DNA of 64,000 nucleotides from Botryllus schlosseri (Eukaryota), in NCBI GenBank assembly GCA_051294905.1, contig CM119379.1, positions 20,398,001-20,462,000 of the forward strand, given 5' to 3'. Below are positions 12,088-24,200 of this stretch, piece after piece (position 1 is the stretch's first letter; every line of letters starts with the position of its first letter). A model generated the notes under the pieces. That model searched no databases. It was not told where the DNA came from and was given only the letters and a program-made list of their open reading frames with translations. Position numbers and translations under genes: made by a program.

Positions 12088-13466
12088 TTACAAAGATTTA
12101 TTCAAATATTCACAGTACATGGGCATGCCTTTACTTTCCCATTCAAACATCCAGACCCCGTTGAAGTCGTGCTCAGTTACGTAGCATAGATTGGAATTCG
12201 GCTTGAAATGTACGTTGCTGGGAGTTTTGAAAGGACATTTAATTCTTCTTTCTAATTTTCCTTGAGCGGTGAAAACTTCCAAATGGGAACCGCCATGATG
12301 CGCAACCAGTAATCGACCCTTCTCGTCGAAATCCATACCATCGGGGCCGCCAATATTCATTTCGTTGTCATATTTGCCAACTATATGCAGAATAGAACAA
12401 GTCATTATGCGAAAGCTGGTATGGGATGGAAAAGATGCCCACCTTCAGGTAATTTCGCCCATAGTCGCCCATAGTCCTTTGATGTCAAACGCAATGATAC
12501 TCCGAGTCAATGTTTCAGCCACTAACAAGGTATTTTTCCCTTGCAGGGCTATGCCATTGCAAAATCGAAACTTTTGGTCCAGTTTTACCAAAATCGGCAC
12601 GGAGCTCCCCTTTTTCAAACAATAAATCACCCCAAGTGGATTCTAGAAAACGTAAGTTTGAATTTTCTCAAGTAGGCTACTCTATACAAATGCGCAACAA
12701 CGCGTACTAGTGTCGTAACTTGCAATCGACTAGTCAAATCATCCCAGGGATTTTACGAAATTTTCTTACCTTGAAAATCAAAGTTCTATCTTCTTCCGCC
12801 GGTGCGATTGGGCTGCCCGGTCCTGTTACCCATAAGTTACCATCATAGTCGAAAACCAAATCATTACAGCCATTTAAAACGTTGCCGTCAGCATCAAGTC
12901 TTGAAATCTGAAGCACATTCAAGACCATTATGCGAGCTATGCCTTTATTGTTGGCTATGTATCGGGATGCATTTAAAACAAAAAACAATTTTAAACAACC
13001 ATTTGATTTAAATACAACCAGGACTTAAACGCACATGGAGACGACTAGAAAAATTGTTAGAAGGTCTGACCTGCTCACAAGTCCCGTCGTCTTTATTGAA
13101 TCTAATAATTCCTAATCTCATGTCAGCAATCCATATATTACCATCTGCATCACTCTGGCAGCCGGCGGGCCGTCCACCGTATCCGTTCACAGATGGCGTA
13201 GAAATTGTATTCACGGAACCATCATCTAAATTTACCTTGTGTAAACTACCAGATATTCCATCTTTGTAATTTACTTGGTCAATTTCTCTGTGACACAAAT
13301 CATATTCAGTTTCTCGCAGAATTCGCAAAAATACAGTTATAGTGGGATAATACCTTGACCCCATTGGAGAAACTGCGTAGAATTCACCTTTAACATCGAA
13401 AACTGGGCCCTCAGATCCGGGTAATCCATCACAAATTTTCGTGAATTTAGTTTCAACTACACTCAT
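12088..13466 (-). CDS. Diisopropyl-fluorophosphatase (squid DFPase)-like six-bladed beta-propeller (SMP-30/gluconolactonase superfamily); frameshifted in exon 4 as assembled
   Basis: Exons 13466-13354, 13287-13071, 12907-12770, 12642-12443 and 12380-12088. Motifs GSEGPVFD, VNGYGGRPAGCQ, ADMRLG, GCNDLVFDYDGNLW, NGIA, VAET, GGPDGMDFDE, CPFKTPSNVHFKP, VTEH, FEW, YCE match squid DFPase as recalled. Exon 4 is 200 nt although the flanking phases (0 then 1) require 3n+1. Confidence 0.9.
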
Positions 13467-13650
13467 TATTGCTGAAGTGTAGTATAGTGCTGTGTAGTAT
13501 ACGTAGTTAGTTCAAAATCCAGCAACCGCCTACAAATGCAGCCGCCTATACTAATGTGAATTAGCAAATATTTGTTTAGAAGCATTGTACGATGCACGGA
13601 AACGCTTCTATAGTTTTATTGGCATCGGCAAGCATTGCCACCGTCATCTA

Positions 13651-13810
13651 CAACTATACACTCATTATCGCTGAAGTAAATACTAGACTTATATAGTTTG
13701 TTAAAAATCCAGCTACCAACGTAGCCAACGTACAAATACAGCCGTGTGCAAATGTGTATTAGCAAATTTTTGTTCGACAGCATTATATACAATGCGCGGA
13801 AACGTTTCCG
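13651..13810 (-). repeat. Diverged duplicate of the DFPase 5' flank and start codon (copy of about 13455-13605)
   Basis: CACTCATTATCGCTGAAG...AAAATCCAGC...ATTAGCAAAT...GCGCGGAAACG parallels CACTCATTATTGCTGAAG...AAAATCCAGC...ATTAGCAAAT...GCACGGAAACG. The duplicate reads ATG AGT GTA TAG (immediate stop). Confidence 0.6.
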
Positions 13811-14370
13811 TCGTTTCATTGCAATCCACAAGTATAGTGTACACTGTACAGACTTAGTTAGGCAAATGGTCAGAATTCGCAAAGATCGTAAATTAAGCAA
13901 TTCCTCCAGACTGATAGACCTATTCTTGGAAATATTTCTACAAACAAAAATAAAATCACAATTGATGTCTTACCGAAGCGCACAACAGCATCTAGTGACA
14001 TCTGCAAACCTAATGATCGCGTTTCATGCGTTCACTCCATCACCTTAGATATTTTATTCAAATTTCACTGGCTACCTGATAAAATTATGTAGGCTAAAAA
14101 ATTCTGCACGCCGAATTTGGTTCAATTCCAATCAGTAGCCGCATTGCTGCTAGAGAAAAAAGTTTTGGATTTAGTATATGTTAAATACGATTTTCGTTGT
14201 TTATATATTTAAGACAGTGGATATGAAGAGATGAACAACTATGCATTGCAGATAATAGTTTTCGAATTCCATTAGCCTACTAATGAAACTGATGAGCGCT
14301 GTCTGATTGCTGAGTTGGAAGGGAAATATTACGCTGCAATAAAGTACTAAATTTGCCCTAAACTGTTAAC

Positions 14371-14438
14371 TTTGCTCTATTTAATTTCCAAATATACGGT
14401 TTGCTCAATTTAATTTCCAAATATACGGTTTGCTCAAT
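14371..14438. repeat. 29-nt tandem repeat, about 2.3 copies
   Basis: TTTGCTC(T/A)ATTTAATTTCCAAATATACGG twice, followed by TTTGCTCAAT. Confidence 0.85.
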
Positions 14439-14918
14439 GACATATACTTACTCTGCCAATACGCGGAGATCACAGCGCTCAACAAAGCAAAGATACGTCA
14501 TTGTTTCCTGTCACAAGATCAGGTGCAAGCATTGCGCAACAGACCTGGACCGCTGGACGTGTTGGCGTGGTGCAAACTTTTTATGATTATTACTAGTAGC
14601 TAGTTTACAAGCTCCACACTCACGGTGATGGCGGCACAGGCCGAATTATATTCCAAGAACAACTCCTGATCATATATGAGCAGATTCACGAATTTCAAAA
14701 TCTGCAATATTTATAAACATCGGTTATTCTGAAAATCTGACTCTGTAAACATTTTCGAAATCTAACTTCAGCACGGCTACGCTGAATTGGGTGAACGTCG
14801 TTGTCAAGTTCTTATTGTGGCCCGCTCATGAATCCTGATCGTCTCTGCTTGTCAGTAATTATAGAGACTGTTGCCATGCTGCTGCAATCCGAATCGAATC
14901 GAAATGCGAATATTTTCA

Positions 14919-14927
14919 TCACGTGAC
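14919..14927. promoter_or_regulatory. Extended E-box (CLEAR/M-box-like) upstream of ULK3
   Basis: TCACGTGAC about 340 bp upstream of the ULK3 ATG, in the divergent DFPase/ULK3 intergenic region. Motif match only. Confidence 0.25.
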
Positions 14928-15266
14928 TTTGTGGTCCAGTAACGATCACCATAACAAATCTGGAAAGGTTGACTGCGGACTGCATGGCTACATGACTAAT
15001 TGACTATTTCGTGCGGCAAGTGGTGGTACTGTGATAGGTACGCAACTACGCATCCACCTTCTACGGTGATTCTCATTATACATAGCTGGTAAATGTCAGA
15101 ATGCTTATGATATAGCCTTCTATGTGGTATGCATATGCACTGATCGTGTGTATAGTGTATGTGTGTCATGAGTCGGTCTATATGCCGCAAAAAACATCAA
15201 GGGCAAAAATAAACTACGTCCTTAATTCCTTTTCTATAGCTTTTTATCATCGTAGAGGAAGAGAAG

Positions 15267-18200
15267 ATGAGTGCAACACGACCAAGACGTCCAAATCTGA
15301 CTGGATATGTTTTCACGGAACGCCTTGGTAGTGGAACTTATGCAACGGTATACAAAGCCTACAGAAATGTATGTAATTGCGGTCAATACTGTTCAGTTCA
15401 CTACAATCTATCTATTCGTTTGATTTACAGAATGGAGAAAAGCGGGATGTGCATGCGGTGAAATGCATACAAAAGTCTAACTTGACTCGATCATCTGTTG
15501 AGAATTTACTGGTCGAAATTGAAATACTTAAGCAAATTGACCATCCAAATATTGTGAAAATGGTGGATTTTCAGGTTTGGTTATGCTTCATTCATGTTGG
15601 ATTCTGTATTAGCAAATGCTACGGTATTGCTGTCGCCCCGTCAGCTTGTCGTCCTATCAGTTTTAGATTTTTACAAAGTAAGAACTTAGTCTGGTATGCT
15701 AACGGGTATAGTACTGTACCCGTGTAACCAAGTGTACTTTAGAAGGGATTCTCAATTGCATATATTTGTTTATGGCAATTCTCTAATAAACTTTGAATTT
15801 TTATAAAAAACCTACCATAACTAATTTTACCTTTTTTGACAGTGGGATGCATTATATATATACATTATCATGGAATACTGTGCAGGAGGGGATCTATCTC
15901 GTTTTATATCAACAAGGAGAGTGCTCCATGAGCATATTGTGAAGAGATTTCTCCAACAGATTGGTAACTGTGCAAGTTTTGCTTGAAAGGATTTAACCTG
16001 CATAAGCCTATTCTATTCGAAATTTTAGCTAGTTTGACATTGATTAAAATGTAACCACCCAGAAACAGCTAGAGGCTTTCATTTTACCTTGTCTTGCATC
16101 TCTACCTTCTCATATATACAGGGTTGCCATCGACAAATACCCAAAAATAAGGACAGTCGAAAAATTAGATTAGCATGAAAAAGCGATTTTGAACATACTT
16201 TGTATTTACAAGAGCCGTGGTATATCACATTCCATACTTTTCGCCAGAAACAATCTGCTGCAGCAACTCCTTGTTATTAGAAAGTGCTCACGACAGTTCA
16301 GGTCTAGGTTTACCTTTACTCAGGGCCGAAACAGCACTTCGTCAGCCCTCCACCCAAAAAATAAACGTTGGACTTGCCCCCCCCCCTCAAAGGGTGATAA
16401 ACCAAACTTCTTCACCACGTTGCGATTAGAGGCGTCAATCAAGATGGAAAAAGACCGTACACCATGTTTAGACAAAATCATTTTTGAGCGTATGGAGCAA
16501 GAACTCCAGTAACAATGCTTGTAGTCTTGGTCCTGGCCGAATAAAACTTATTTGTGATTTTGAAATCAGGGAATATTGCTTTGAACAATTGTGATGTGCA
16601 ATCTTTCGTGAGGAATGATTGCTGGCGTTTGACAGTATGGAATGCCCAGATACCGTCTCCAGCAGCAGCCTTGTCGTCTGTGGTCGTTGGTGCTCATTGA
16701 CTTGTAGAAAAATTATTCATCGACTGGCTCTAATTAATCATTATGACACACTTCTTGTGTTTGGGGTATCAATGTGAGTTTAAATGGTGGTCTTTCCTAT
16801 GGCCTCCTGGTTATTATCACAATTGCAGATATTGCAATGTGCGAAACACTCGCCCTTAAAACTTCGTTAGATACCTTTGAATTATCTCTCATAATCGTCA
16901 CGAAAAACGTTTTTACGCCTGCTCATTTCAACTAATCAGATTTAGCCTTATTAGTAGCTAAAACTATGTGCGCAAGTGCAATATAATTTAGAACAATTTA
17001 TCAATGACTAATAGCTTTACTACTTTTTAACCACTGTGTCGACTGCACTGCGCCTTTTTTCACTACGCAATAAATGCTGCCTACCCCACAGCTTGAGCTT
17101 ATTCTGCTGTAGACCAAACAGCAGGAACCTGGTACTGCTGTTTACTGATAAAATGCCGTCCGCCGTGGTAGCTTGGTACAGACGAAACCACTCACGGCCC
17201 GAGCTATCACCACTTAGAAGTCAAATCTTATGGTGTGTACGTCACGAGAGTTCCTTTCCTTTATGACGTCATGAAATCTCGACGCAAAAGAATAATTTAT
17301 GAAAATTATGCAACACAGATACCAGAGGAAAACGGTCGAAGTTCTGTAGTGGTTGAAAATAAGACAAAATAAGGACGCAAGTCAAAAATAAGGACATTTC
17401 TTAGAAATAAGGACAGTTGAGTTTTCTAAGACGTGGCCCTTCAAAATAAGGACAAATGTTAGAAATAAGGACGGTATGGCAACCCTGCATATATATCACA
17501 ATGGATAATTTAGGGGTTGAGGGAGGGGTGATATTAGGGTGGGGGGATATTAGGGTTGGTGGTGGGTTAGGGTCCGAGTTGGGGTTGAGGTATCCCAAGA
17601 TTAGGGTTAGGGGAGGAGGGACATTAGAGTTGGGGAGGGGGGATATTAGGGTGGGGGGGTGGATATTAGGGTTGGTGGTGGTTTAGGGTCCAAGTTGGGG
17701 TTGAGGTATCCCAAGATTAGGGTTAGGGGAGGAGGGACATTAGGTTTGGGGAAGGGGGATATTGGGGTTGGGGGAGAGGGATATTAGGGTTGGAGGAGGA
17801 GGGGTATTAGGGTTGGTAGTGGGTTAGGGTTAGGGTATCCCAACATTGGGGTGCTCTGACATGAATATCCCCCAACCATAATTTCTATGGTTACCATATT
17901 TTGGAAATCTGAAAAGAGGACCATATTTTCATTTATATTTTCGGAATCAGTGCGACAGTAGCTTATTTTGATCAAGACCAGATTCAGTAAATTCAGCCCC
18001 CTGGAAGATAACTTCTGAATTGCCAGAAATCCTACAGTCGCTGCCTCAAATGCACTGGTAATCATTGAGATAGTTGAGATGAAATAGGATAAGGAGTAAT
18101 AGCGTACAGTTCAGCTACTCAGCCGCTCACATAACTAGATTTTCAAGGTCTGTGGAAGTTTATCGACTTGTATATTCAAAGAAATTTATATTTTGACATG

Positions 18201-21200
18201 CTCTGTTATGTATAAACAAACACAAGTATAGTCTGATGTTTTAATCCACCATCTTCAATTTGTTTCAGCCTCCGCTCTTGAACTTCTACACAATCATAAT
18301 ATTTCGCACATGGATTTGAAACCACAGAACATACTTCTATCTTCAGAAGAACAGCCCGTATTAAAACTTGCAGGTTACTTTTGCAGTCCCGTTATCGTAA
18401 CATGCTCGAATAACAGCACAGTATTTTAGATTTTGGATTTGCGCAGTATCTTGATTCATCACAAAATGATGCTTTGAAAGGAAGTCCATTATATATGGCA
18501 CCGGAAATGATAACAAAGGGTCGATACAGCTCCAAGGTCAGTAATAAATCATTAAATCATTTATTCATTGCAAGAATGTATCCAATATTGAAATTGCCCC
18601 ACGTTCAAAGGTGGATCTCTGGTCGGTGGGAGTGATTTTATATGAATGTCTCTTTGGTAAAGCTCCGTTTTTCTCAAACTCATTCGTCGAATTGGAAAGT
18701 AAAATCAAGAGCGACAGCCCTATTGAAGTAAGTTCTTGTAATGAATTTTAAGAATTATCCCCACTGAACTGTTTGTTATCTTTGATATTCTTCAATTTTC
18801 TGAGTTGTAGACCTACTGGTTTATAGTTGCATTCACCGTAACAGTAACATGAGTGATTTGAAAGCCGATAAATATTTGTAAGTCTTGGTTTTATCATATA
18901 AACTATCCAGCATTGTAGTACCGTTGTTTTGAAACTGAGTATTTCTACAATGTCGAGTCGCACCATTTTTCAATGCCACTGTAGCTTTGTTAAGATATTT
19001 CAAAATGGTTTATTTTGAGTTTTTAAATTCCAATCATCGTTTCACTTACCGTACAGATTGACGTTAAGATCAAATTTTGTGCTGGATCAACCTCGGCATT
19101 TCGAGAAACAGGTCATGGTTGCCCATTTTCCAATAGACCGGTAACAGGAAATTCAAATATATGAGGATGTAACAATTTGTATATGAAGCTAATAGCCCCA
19201 AAATCAATATGGGACTAACACGGCATGGCAAATGATATGTTTCTACCTGCAGAGGCAATTGGCAGATTGTTCTGACAAAGATGTAGCAAATTCTTGAATG
19301 TGGGGCAATTTATACCTGTTGAAGTGTTGGGGTCAAGTCATATACCTTCAAGTCACTGCCAATTTTGACTGGGTCAAGTCAAGTAATGAAATATTTACAG
19401 TTTGTTTGATATTTCTACTAAACTCGATTTATAAGAGGGAAAGGATGTTATTTAATTTTGTGCTTGATGTTCTTGCGGCAAAGACAGCGGCTCATGATAT
19501 ACATGCACATGATCTTTGCATATGAATCAGTGTTGGGATGAATCGAGTCGTGACTTGACTCGAGTCACCTTTTTCGTATGACTTGACTTGAGTCGCTTTG
19601 CAAAAATGACTTGACTCGACGTTTTAAAAACGCGGATTGACTCGTGACTCGAAGAAAAATTTACCAGTCAATTTCAAGTCATCAAGTAATCGATGTCTAC
19701 TGAATCGCTGTATCTTGTATAAGTTCGGATTGTTAACGATACGCTGGTGTGACCTGTGAGAGCAACCAATCACTAAATGACTGTGCATTTTACCGAGCCT
19801 CCAATGGTATATCACAAATTTATTGATCACAAACGCAGTGATCGGAGAAATAATGTAATATATACTAGCAATGCATCTCTGTTCTATAAACTGCTCACAG
19901 TGCCCAGTGTTCACCTTAACCAACCCACTGGTATGATTCAAATTGAGGGAATATCGTCAATACATTTATAATTGCACATCATGGATAATATGTAGGTGGG
20001 TAGGGTGTTGCACCACGTCAATTTTGAACTGTCTGAGGTTTCGTATATTATCCTGCATTTTGACTGATAATTGTAGACTGGGGCTATACCGCTACTTGCG
20101 TAGTTTAGAAGTATGGGTGAGCGATACGGCGCCTTCTCGCGTGTATAATCAAATCTTTTTTCATACCTCGATTCAGAATAAATGAGGACTCCATCTCCAT
20201 TTAAAGCAGTTAGCAAAATGCAATGACTTTGAATCATGTCTCGTACTTTGAAAATTCAACTTGACTCGACTAGTGACTTGACTCGTGACTTGACTTGACT
20301 CGACTTGACTCGAGTCACCTCCAAAAATCGGGGGACTTGACTTGACTCGAGTCACCTTTGAAAATCGAGTGACTGGACTTGACTCGAGTCAAAATGTGAA
20401 ACGACTCGAGATGACTCGTGACTCGAAGGTAGCGACTTGATCCCAACACTGATATGCATACCATAGGTGCAGTTCAGTCTGCATTCATTTTGATCTGTTT
20501 GATTTGCAGCTACCTCGTTATCCAAGAATCACTGATGAATGCAGAAATTTGCTTGAAAGACTTTTGCAACGGAATCCTGACGATCGAATTTCATTTCTCG
20601 AATTTTTTCTGCATCCTTTTGTCGACTTGGAACATCGACCGTCTGCCGAATGTCTTCCTAAAGGGGTAAGGATATTTTCATGGCAATGCTCCATGAATTT
20701 GAGTACAGTTTTAGCATTTATATTTCGATTCAAGATTATATGTCAAATAAACTGTACTCGGTATGTAACACATTTTGTACAGTATTGAAATTCAAATAAG
20801 TAATATGACCCAGTTGTTAAATCAATGTGAATTCAAATCTCATACAGCTCAAACAGATTTATCGGTGCCAATAGGGCTATTGTCTTTAGTTACCCTAACA
20901 AAATTAACTATTAACCTAACAGACAACGATTGTGACTCAAGCTGTTTCCAAAGACAAGGAAGGCAAATACAATGAAGCTGCAAAGCTTTATGGAGATGCC
21001 GTAAAGTATTTTATTCCTGCCATTTATTGTGAGCATTTTCGGATAATTCCCTTTCGTATGTTCTTACCCAACTTGGTACGTATTGAATTCACAGTTGAAT
21101 CAGACAAGCGAAAAAAAGAGGCTTTACGGAGTAAGGTAGGATATGTCTGGATTGTTCGCTATCTGAAATCTCCACTATACAGAATTATGATAGTGAAACA

Positions 21201-24200
21201 TTTTAGGTAAAGGAATATGTCGGGCGAGCCGAAGTTTTGAATAGTATTTCATCAGATTTGGGAGCTGATTCTTTGCAACAGCGAAATGCCTTAGGTAATT
21301 GTAATGCTTCTTATGTCCAAGAAGAAAGCTGGTAACTACAAGTGACTAGTAACCAGGTGATGTACTCGAATACTTTCCATCTATTCAATCACATTGTATC
21401 AGTGTGTTTTGTTTCTACGCTGCACACTTCATACATAAATGTTAGTGGTGATTATGTGGTAACTATTGATGGCTAAAATCAAATATTCTGGAATCAACTT
21501 CATTGGGCCATAATTGTAGTATTCAATTAGCTACTAGTGAATCAGAATAAAGGAGAAGACTCAAACTTATATTTATGACACATATATGCCAACAAGCAAC
21601 CCATGTTGTCTCTTCCATCCCACTATCACAGTGGTTCTGAATCTTTCCCAAAACACGAAACGGTCACTTGGCAATTATATAAATAACTCACTGCCCCTTA
21701 CAAAATCAACGCAAAATAACACCTTGGAATCGACTTAGTCAATATTATCGGTCTTGCATGAATTTTCCATCCTCTCTCGTTGCATTTGATTAGATTTAGC
21801 CGAAAGAACTATGTCTTCAAAATTTTAAGTCATAGGTAGGGCGTTTTTTACCAAGAAAACGTGAGACTTTTACCAAAAAAATCAAAATGTTGACATTTTT
21901 TACCTTAAAAAAATTAATTTTGGCCAAATTTTGACCTAGCGTATGCAAATTAGGTGTTTTCTCACATAGTGTTTGAATTGTATACTTGTCTTCATTTCTG
22001 GTTCGAACTGTCTGTCCTTACGAAGTAGTTCGGCTTGAAAAAACTTTTTTGACTCAGAAGCTGACAGATTTTTTTCATGACAAAACTTAATTCCAGTAGT
22101 TACATGACGTATTATGGTAGAAATAATTAAAATCTGTTGTAGTACTACGAAAGATATTTTCCTACATTCTTGGGTAGAAAGTGTCCGTCCTTACTAAGTA
22201 GCTTGCCAAGAATGGAGAAGGAACATTCAACAGTAGCAGTTGTTGGCTGACAACACTGAAGTTATAGGAACCATGCAATGCCCACGCAGTCTTGCTTCAG
22301 TTAGAATATTGCGGTACGTTGAGCATAACACCATGTCAACCTATTTGTTTTATTTGAATGTTTATGATTCACAATGAGCAGACAATGGGCCTTCGACAAC
22401 GGTAGGCCTATAAAGTAGGCTACGAGCTTTAAAATGTCAAATGATAAGTTCACCAACAGCGCAAAATCTACGATACAAACGAAATGCTGGTTGTAAAAAT
22501 ATTTTATTATTTTTTGACCTAACGCTACAATTTTGACTTTTTTGAGATGTCAAAAAAAAATTGCCCCACCCATAAGTATTACTCTCATAATTGCATATAC
22601 CGTTAGACTACTTGATTTATAAAATATTTTGTTTTGGAGTATTTAGGCCTCGGAGGTATACTGTCAATGTAATAAAGAAATATAGTGATGAGCCCAAAGT
22701 TTAATAACTCTGAACCAAAAGAATCTACTTCACGTCGATTAACAAAACAATTTTCCTTCAAGTTTGGTTTGGAAAATAATTTGCCTGAAGATTTTTATAT
22801 TCCGAATTTTTTTTTTCTGGTTTGTGTGAATTCTTTGAAAGTGGCTTTGCGGTCCTAATAAATAGTTCACGAACCCGAAAAAGACTGTGAACCCCAGTTT
22901 GAGAACCACTGCACTATCATAATGATCCATTGGTTAACTCTGCAGGCTAATAAGGTTTGCAAATGCTAGTATATACTGTATACAACAAATCTGCAGAAAA
23001 ATATGTCTGCCGTTTTTTTCAGATCTCATGAAATCTCATCCGCAGTTATCTTCGGCGTTTGAAGGACTCGGCACGGCTCGTGAAAGGGTAAGGGGTGTGG
23101 GGTTTAGACTCACTGAATTGCTGCTACTCGAGTAGAAGTATGGAGTTACGCCGTTAATATTTACTCATTTGCAAGAAGTAGCAGTTTCAAAATCTGCTAA
23201 AACTACTACAAATAGAAGTAGAAAGGGAAGGTTTTGAAAAGTACTAAAGTAAGCAGTCTCAAAAAGTGAATTTAGTCAATGGTTTGCATACTTCTAATGA
23301 TTTTTTAAAAATTCTACTGGCTACTTGATAAAATTGTTAGGCTACTTAAGAAAACGCCGCACACCAACTTTGTCTCAATTCCAACCTGTAGTGACATTGC
23401 TATAGGAGTGATAGTTTTGGACTTACTCAATAAAATTAAATATAAAATTTTTTCAAATTTTATTGGCTACCCCATCACATTGTTAGACCGTCTAAAAAAG
23501 CGATGCACAACGAATTTGACTCAATTCGAACCAGTACAAACGAAGTTATTGATATTCAAAATTTGAGATTTAAAACCGTAACATACTGTGGGTAGTGAAT
23601 AATTAAAGAATAAGCCTCCGTGAATACAATTTTTTCCAAATCAAAAATTTTGTGCTCCAATAACTTTGCTTGTACTGGTTTGAATTGAAACAAATTAGTT
23701 GCTCATCGTTTTTCTTTTTGGACAACCTAACAATTTTGGCGCTTCTTCGATATACCTCGAGATCAAGCAAGTGGTTACAATGACACAAATAAATGCTTCA
23801 TATGAACATGTCAAAATTTGTAAACGTCAAAATAAATCGTATTTCGTGTTGGGATTGGAGTTGTGAGTGCGGGATAGTGGGGGTAAGTATTTGCGATATT
23901 AGGGTTGGAGGTGGGTTAGGGTCAAAGTTGTGGTCAGGGTATCCCAAGATTAGGGTTGGAGGAGGGGGATATTAGGATTGGGGAAGGGGGGATATTAGGG
24001 TTGGGGAAGGGGTATTAGGGTTGGGGAGGGGGAATATTAGGGTTGGAGGAGGGTGATATTAGGGTTGGAGGTGGGTTAGGGTCAAATTTGGGGTTACAGT
24101 ATCCCAAGATTAGGGTTGGGGTGAGGGACACGATATCCAACTCTAATATCCCCCTCCCCAACCCTAATATCCCACCTGCAAAACCCTAATACCCCCTCTC

